Below, piece after piece: positions 61,174-64,000 of a stretch of 64,000 bases of DNA. The DNA is from an uncultured bacterium (GTDB lineage Bacteria; Acidobacteriota; HRBIN11; JAKEFK01): NCBI GenBank assembly GCA_963777505.1, contig CAVZQN010000004.1, forward strand, positions 96,001 through 160,000. The letters are read 5' to 3'. The notes under the pieces were generated by a model. That model saw only the letters and a program-made list of their open reading frames with translations, was not told where the DNA came from and searched no databases. The position numbers and the translations under genes are program-made. Position 1 is the stretch's first letter. Each line of letters opens with the position of its first letter.

Positions 61174-62077
61174 ATGAAAAAAAGGGATTCTGTCTTTTGT
61201 CATTGTCTTAGCATTAGCTTTACCGGGATTTGCAGAAAAAGTATCCGGCCAATTTAAAGCAAGCACCAAAGCTGCAATTAAACCCACAGCAGTAACTGCG
61301 TTTCCGGCTCGTTCAGTTCAAGACCCGTTGAAATGGGTAACTGCGTTAGTTCTGGCAGAAGGTTCAATGAACACGGCTGAAGCCCTTCAATCGCTTGATC
61401 CGCGAACAGCATTAATTAACCAGGAGGGGATGCAGGGCAAAAACTATATCAGCTTCTGGATCCGTCCGGATGGTTATGTAGGGATGAATGCTACATATAG
61501 TGAAGGGATGGTGCAGTATCTCGATTCCACTAAAAATAAAGATGGCGAACCAGGTCTTACAAGCGAAAGTTTGGAAGCAACATTTACTGAAAATAGTGCA
61601 AATCGTGTGGCAGGGCGCATCCGCACAACGAAGCCTGGAAAAACAATGAGCGGGGAAACTTATGAACTGGATGTTGAGTTCGATACTCAAGTGACACGCC
61701 CTCCTGCCGGCAAAAAACTGGGACCGGGCGGCGGAGAGCCTGGCAAGGCGCTGATGTCATTGTTTGAAGCGATGAAAACAAACAATTGGAAAGGTGTTCA
61801 AGCCGGAGTTTCTTCAAGAATACTTCAATCTGATGCTAGCCCTGATGCTACTGACGCAGACAACTTAAAAGCTGTTATTGATTCTATTAGTTTTCTTTTA
61901 CCAAAAGGAAAAAATAAGAAGATCCTGGGTGGTGAGGAAAGTAAGGATCGTGCGGTTCTCGAATTGCAAGGTGAAATGGAAGATGGTGCCGGAAACATGC
62001 TTTATTTGGTCCAAATGTTAAAGGAACCAACCGGTTGGCGTTTTGATCGCTCCACCATGTCCGGCTTCCTTGACTGA
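61174..62077 (+). CDS. Hypothetical secreted protein (apparent +1 slip in the A-run just after the start)
   Basis: SD AAGGAGGG before ATG 61174. Removing one A restores MKKGILSFVIVLALALPGFA|EK.. in frame with ORF 61328-62077. Confidence 0.7.
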
Positions 62078-62085
62078 GCATTGCT

Positions 62086-62149
62086 CCCTTGCACCCCTGC
62101 TCCTCCGCCCCCCTGCGTCTGGCTAGCCGCATCAGTTAGCCATCGCAGG
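62086..62149. repeat. Degenerate 8-mer tandem (CxCCCCTG-like x4) followed by an imperfect hairpin
   Basis: CTCCCTTG CACCCCTG CTCCTCCG CCCCCCTG, then CCTGCG..TGGCTAGC...GTTAGCCA..CGCAGG. Confidence 0.45.
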
Positions 62150-62190
62150 TTGGCTGTATAATATTAAAAGCACATCATCACGGAGGAATT

Positions 62191-63246
62191 ATGTCTATTG
62201 CCATGATCGGAGATTTACTCGGTTCAGATGCTGATAAATTGTTGAAACACGAATGTAAGGGAATTACAAAAGATCAACTGACTTTGCCTGGCCCGGATTT
62301 TGTTCTTAGGGTTGTTAAAGAAACGGATCGCAATCTTCAGGTATTGCGTAATTTTCAAAGCATTTTTGATCATGGTCGGTTAAAGGGTACAGGATATGTC
62401 TCGATTCTTCCTGTTGATCAGGGCATTGAACATTCAGCGGGTGCATCCTTTGCGCCTAATCCTGCTTATTTTGACCCTGAAAATATTGTTAAGCTTGCGA
62501 TAGAAGGCGGATGCAATGCCGTCGCTTCAACATTTGGTGCTCTTGGGAGTGTTGCACGAAAATATGCTCACCAAATTCCATTCATCGTAAAGATCAATCA
62601 CAATGAGTTTCTTACGTACCCGAATAAGTATGATCAAATCATGTTTGGTAATGTAAAGCAGGCTTGGGACCTTGGTGCAACTGCTGTGGGTGCCACAATC
62701 TATTTCGGATCGCCAGAAGGAACAAGACAAATTCAAGAAGTAGCCCAGGCTTTCTCATTGGCTCACGAACTTGGTATGGTAACAATTCTCTGGTGTTATT
62801 TGCGGAATCCCGCTTTCAAAGTCGGAGAGACTGATTATCACGTAGCAGCAGATTTAACCGGACAGGCAAATCATCTGGGTGTGACAATCGAAGCTGACAT
62901 CATTAAACAAAAAATGCCTGAAAATAACGGTGGTTATAACGCTTTGAAGTTTGGAAAAACTCACAAGAAGGTATATGAACAGCTGACGAGCGACCATCCG
63001 ATCGATTTAACACGGTATCAAGTGGCAAATTGTTTTATGGGTAGATCAGGATTGATTAATTCAGGCGGAGCGTCGGGAACAAATGATCTTGCCGATGCTG
63101 TACGTACGGCTATCGTCAATAAACGCGCGGGAGGAATGGGTTTAATTTCAGGCCGGAAAGCATTTCAAAAACCGATGTCCGATGGAGTAAAACTTCTCAA
63201 CGCAATACAAGATGTCTATCTTGCAAAAGAAATTACAATTGCCTAG
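62191..63246 (+). CDS. fbaB: Class I fructose-bisphosphate aldolase (DhnA/FbaB)
   Basis: [57 protein letters not shown]. Confidence 0.95.
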   Translation: MSIAMIGDLLGSDADKLLKHECKGITKDQLTLPGPDFVLRVVKETDRNLQVLRNFQSIFDHGRLKGTGYVSILPVDQGIEHSAGASFAPNPAYFDPENIVKLAIEGGCNAVASTFGALGSVARKYAHQIPFIVKINHNEFLTYPNKYDQIMFGNVKQAWDLGATAVGATIYFGSPEGTRQIQEVAQAFSLAHELGMVTILWCYLRNPAFKVGETDYHVAADLTGQANHLGVTIEADIIKQKMPENNGGYNALKFGKTHKKVYEQLTSDHPIDLTRYQVANCFMGRSGLINSGGASGTNDLADAVRTAIVNKRAGGMGLISGRKAFQKPMSDGVKLLNAIQDVYLAKEITIA

Positions 63247-63252
63247 AAAAAA

Positions 63253-63690
63253 ATGAACTGGATTACTGTAGCGCTCATGACCGTTTTGGCCGGTCAACTT
63301 GTCGCTGTTTTTTACATGATTTATCGCGTGTGGAAAGAATTTTCTTTCACTGTCCAGGAAACACAACGATTGCAGGAACCAATAGAGAATCTGATTCAAG
63401 ATGGAAGAAGGCTTCAGGTTCTTGCTGACTCTTTATCTGGGCATTGGAATCATGTGAGTAATCAAGCACGAGAAGTTATCGAGATCGGCCGCGATACCTC
63501 AGCGCAGGTAGGAACACTTGTTGCAGCAGCGAATGCACTACGCTCACCGAGCGTAAAGCTTGCAATCCGTTACGGACGAGATTGGTATGAGGAACGCAGA
63601 GCAAATCCTATCGTTCGAACTTTCAAACGTGTAACACGAAACTTTAGAAAAAAAATTTGGAAATTGAAAGAACGATTGCAAAATGATTAA
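63253..63690 (+). CDS. Hypothetical membrane-anchored coiled-coil protein
   Basis: 145 aa, N-terminal TM then helical region; 6 nt after fbaB. Confidence 0.6.
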   Translation: MNWITVALMTVLAGQLVAVFYMIYRVWKEFSFTVQETQRLQEPIENLIQDGRRLQVLADSLSGHWNHVSNQAREVIEIGRDTSAQVGTLVAAANALRSPSVKLAIRYGRDWYEERRANPIVRTFKRVTRNFRKKIWKLKERLQND

Positions 63691-63764
63691 CCCGATATCT
63701 TGCAAGAGAAAGCTTCTCGGATTGATTGTTCCATCCAGTTTCTGTAGGCTAGAATCAAGATAAG

Positions 63765-64000
63765 ATGCGGTTAATCGTCAATCCAGGTTCCCAGGAAAGA
63801 CAGGAATTCGACCTCAAAGAAGGACCCAACACAGTCGGCCGGGCCCGTGACAACGACATCGTCATTCTGGATCAAAGTCTATCTCGTCACCATGCAAGAA
63901 TTGATGTAAGCCGTCAGCGCATCAAAATTAGCGATCTGCAAAGCCGCAATGGAACATGGCTTAATGGAACAAAGGTTGAAGAAGGGATACTCAGACATGG
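63765..64000 (+). CDS. FHA domain protein, runs off the right edge
   Basis: Manual translation MRLIVNPG...NTVGRARDNDIVILDQSLSRHHARI...DLQSRNGTWLNG, with the GR, SxxH and NGT FHA signature. Confidence 0.88.
   Translation, partial: MRLIVNPGSQERQEFDLKEGPNTVGRARDNDIVILDQSLSRHHARIDVSRQRIKISDLQSRNGTWLNGTKVEEGILRH

Overview
64-kb chromosomal window from a Gram-negative bacterium. An Acidobacteriota-like origin is inferred from a PadR plus duplicated orphan permease (ADOP) pair, TolB/TPR-type Hanks kinases, a VPS10/BNR hydrolase and tonB. No rRNA, tRNA, CRISPR array, prophage or transposase was seen. The first 43 kb is a mosaic of envelope, transport and signalling genes. 43.3-57.0 kb is an unusual potassium (Kdp) locus. 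It carries kdpE and three DUF4118 membrane proteins in place of one canonical KdpD: a minimal intact His kinase, an 889-aa KdpD whose phospho-His is replaced by Phe and whose HATPase is replaced by a PTS EIIA domain, and a DUF4118-GAF protein. These are followed by a Ser/Thr kinase, a porin, an unannotated 28-aa membrane peptide and kdpFABC, with KdpE-box-like 11-bp-period repeats upstream of two units. 57-61 kb holds boxR-boxC-boxB (aerobic benzoyl-CoA epoxidase route) with no boxA in the window, then fbaB and an FHA protein. Three short dispersed repeat families occupy intergenic gaps. Many genes from about 41 kb onward are broken by +/-1 indels that look like sequencing or assembly errors rather than true pseudogenes.
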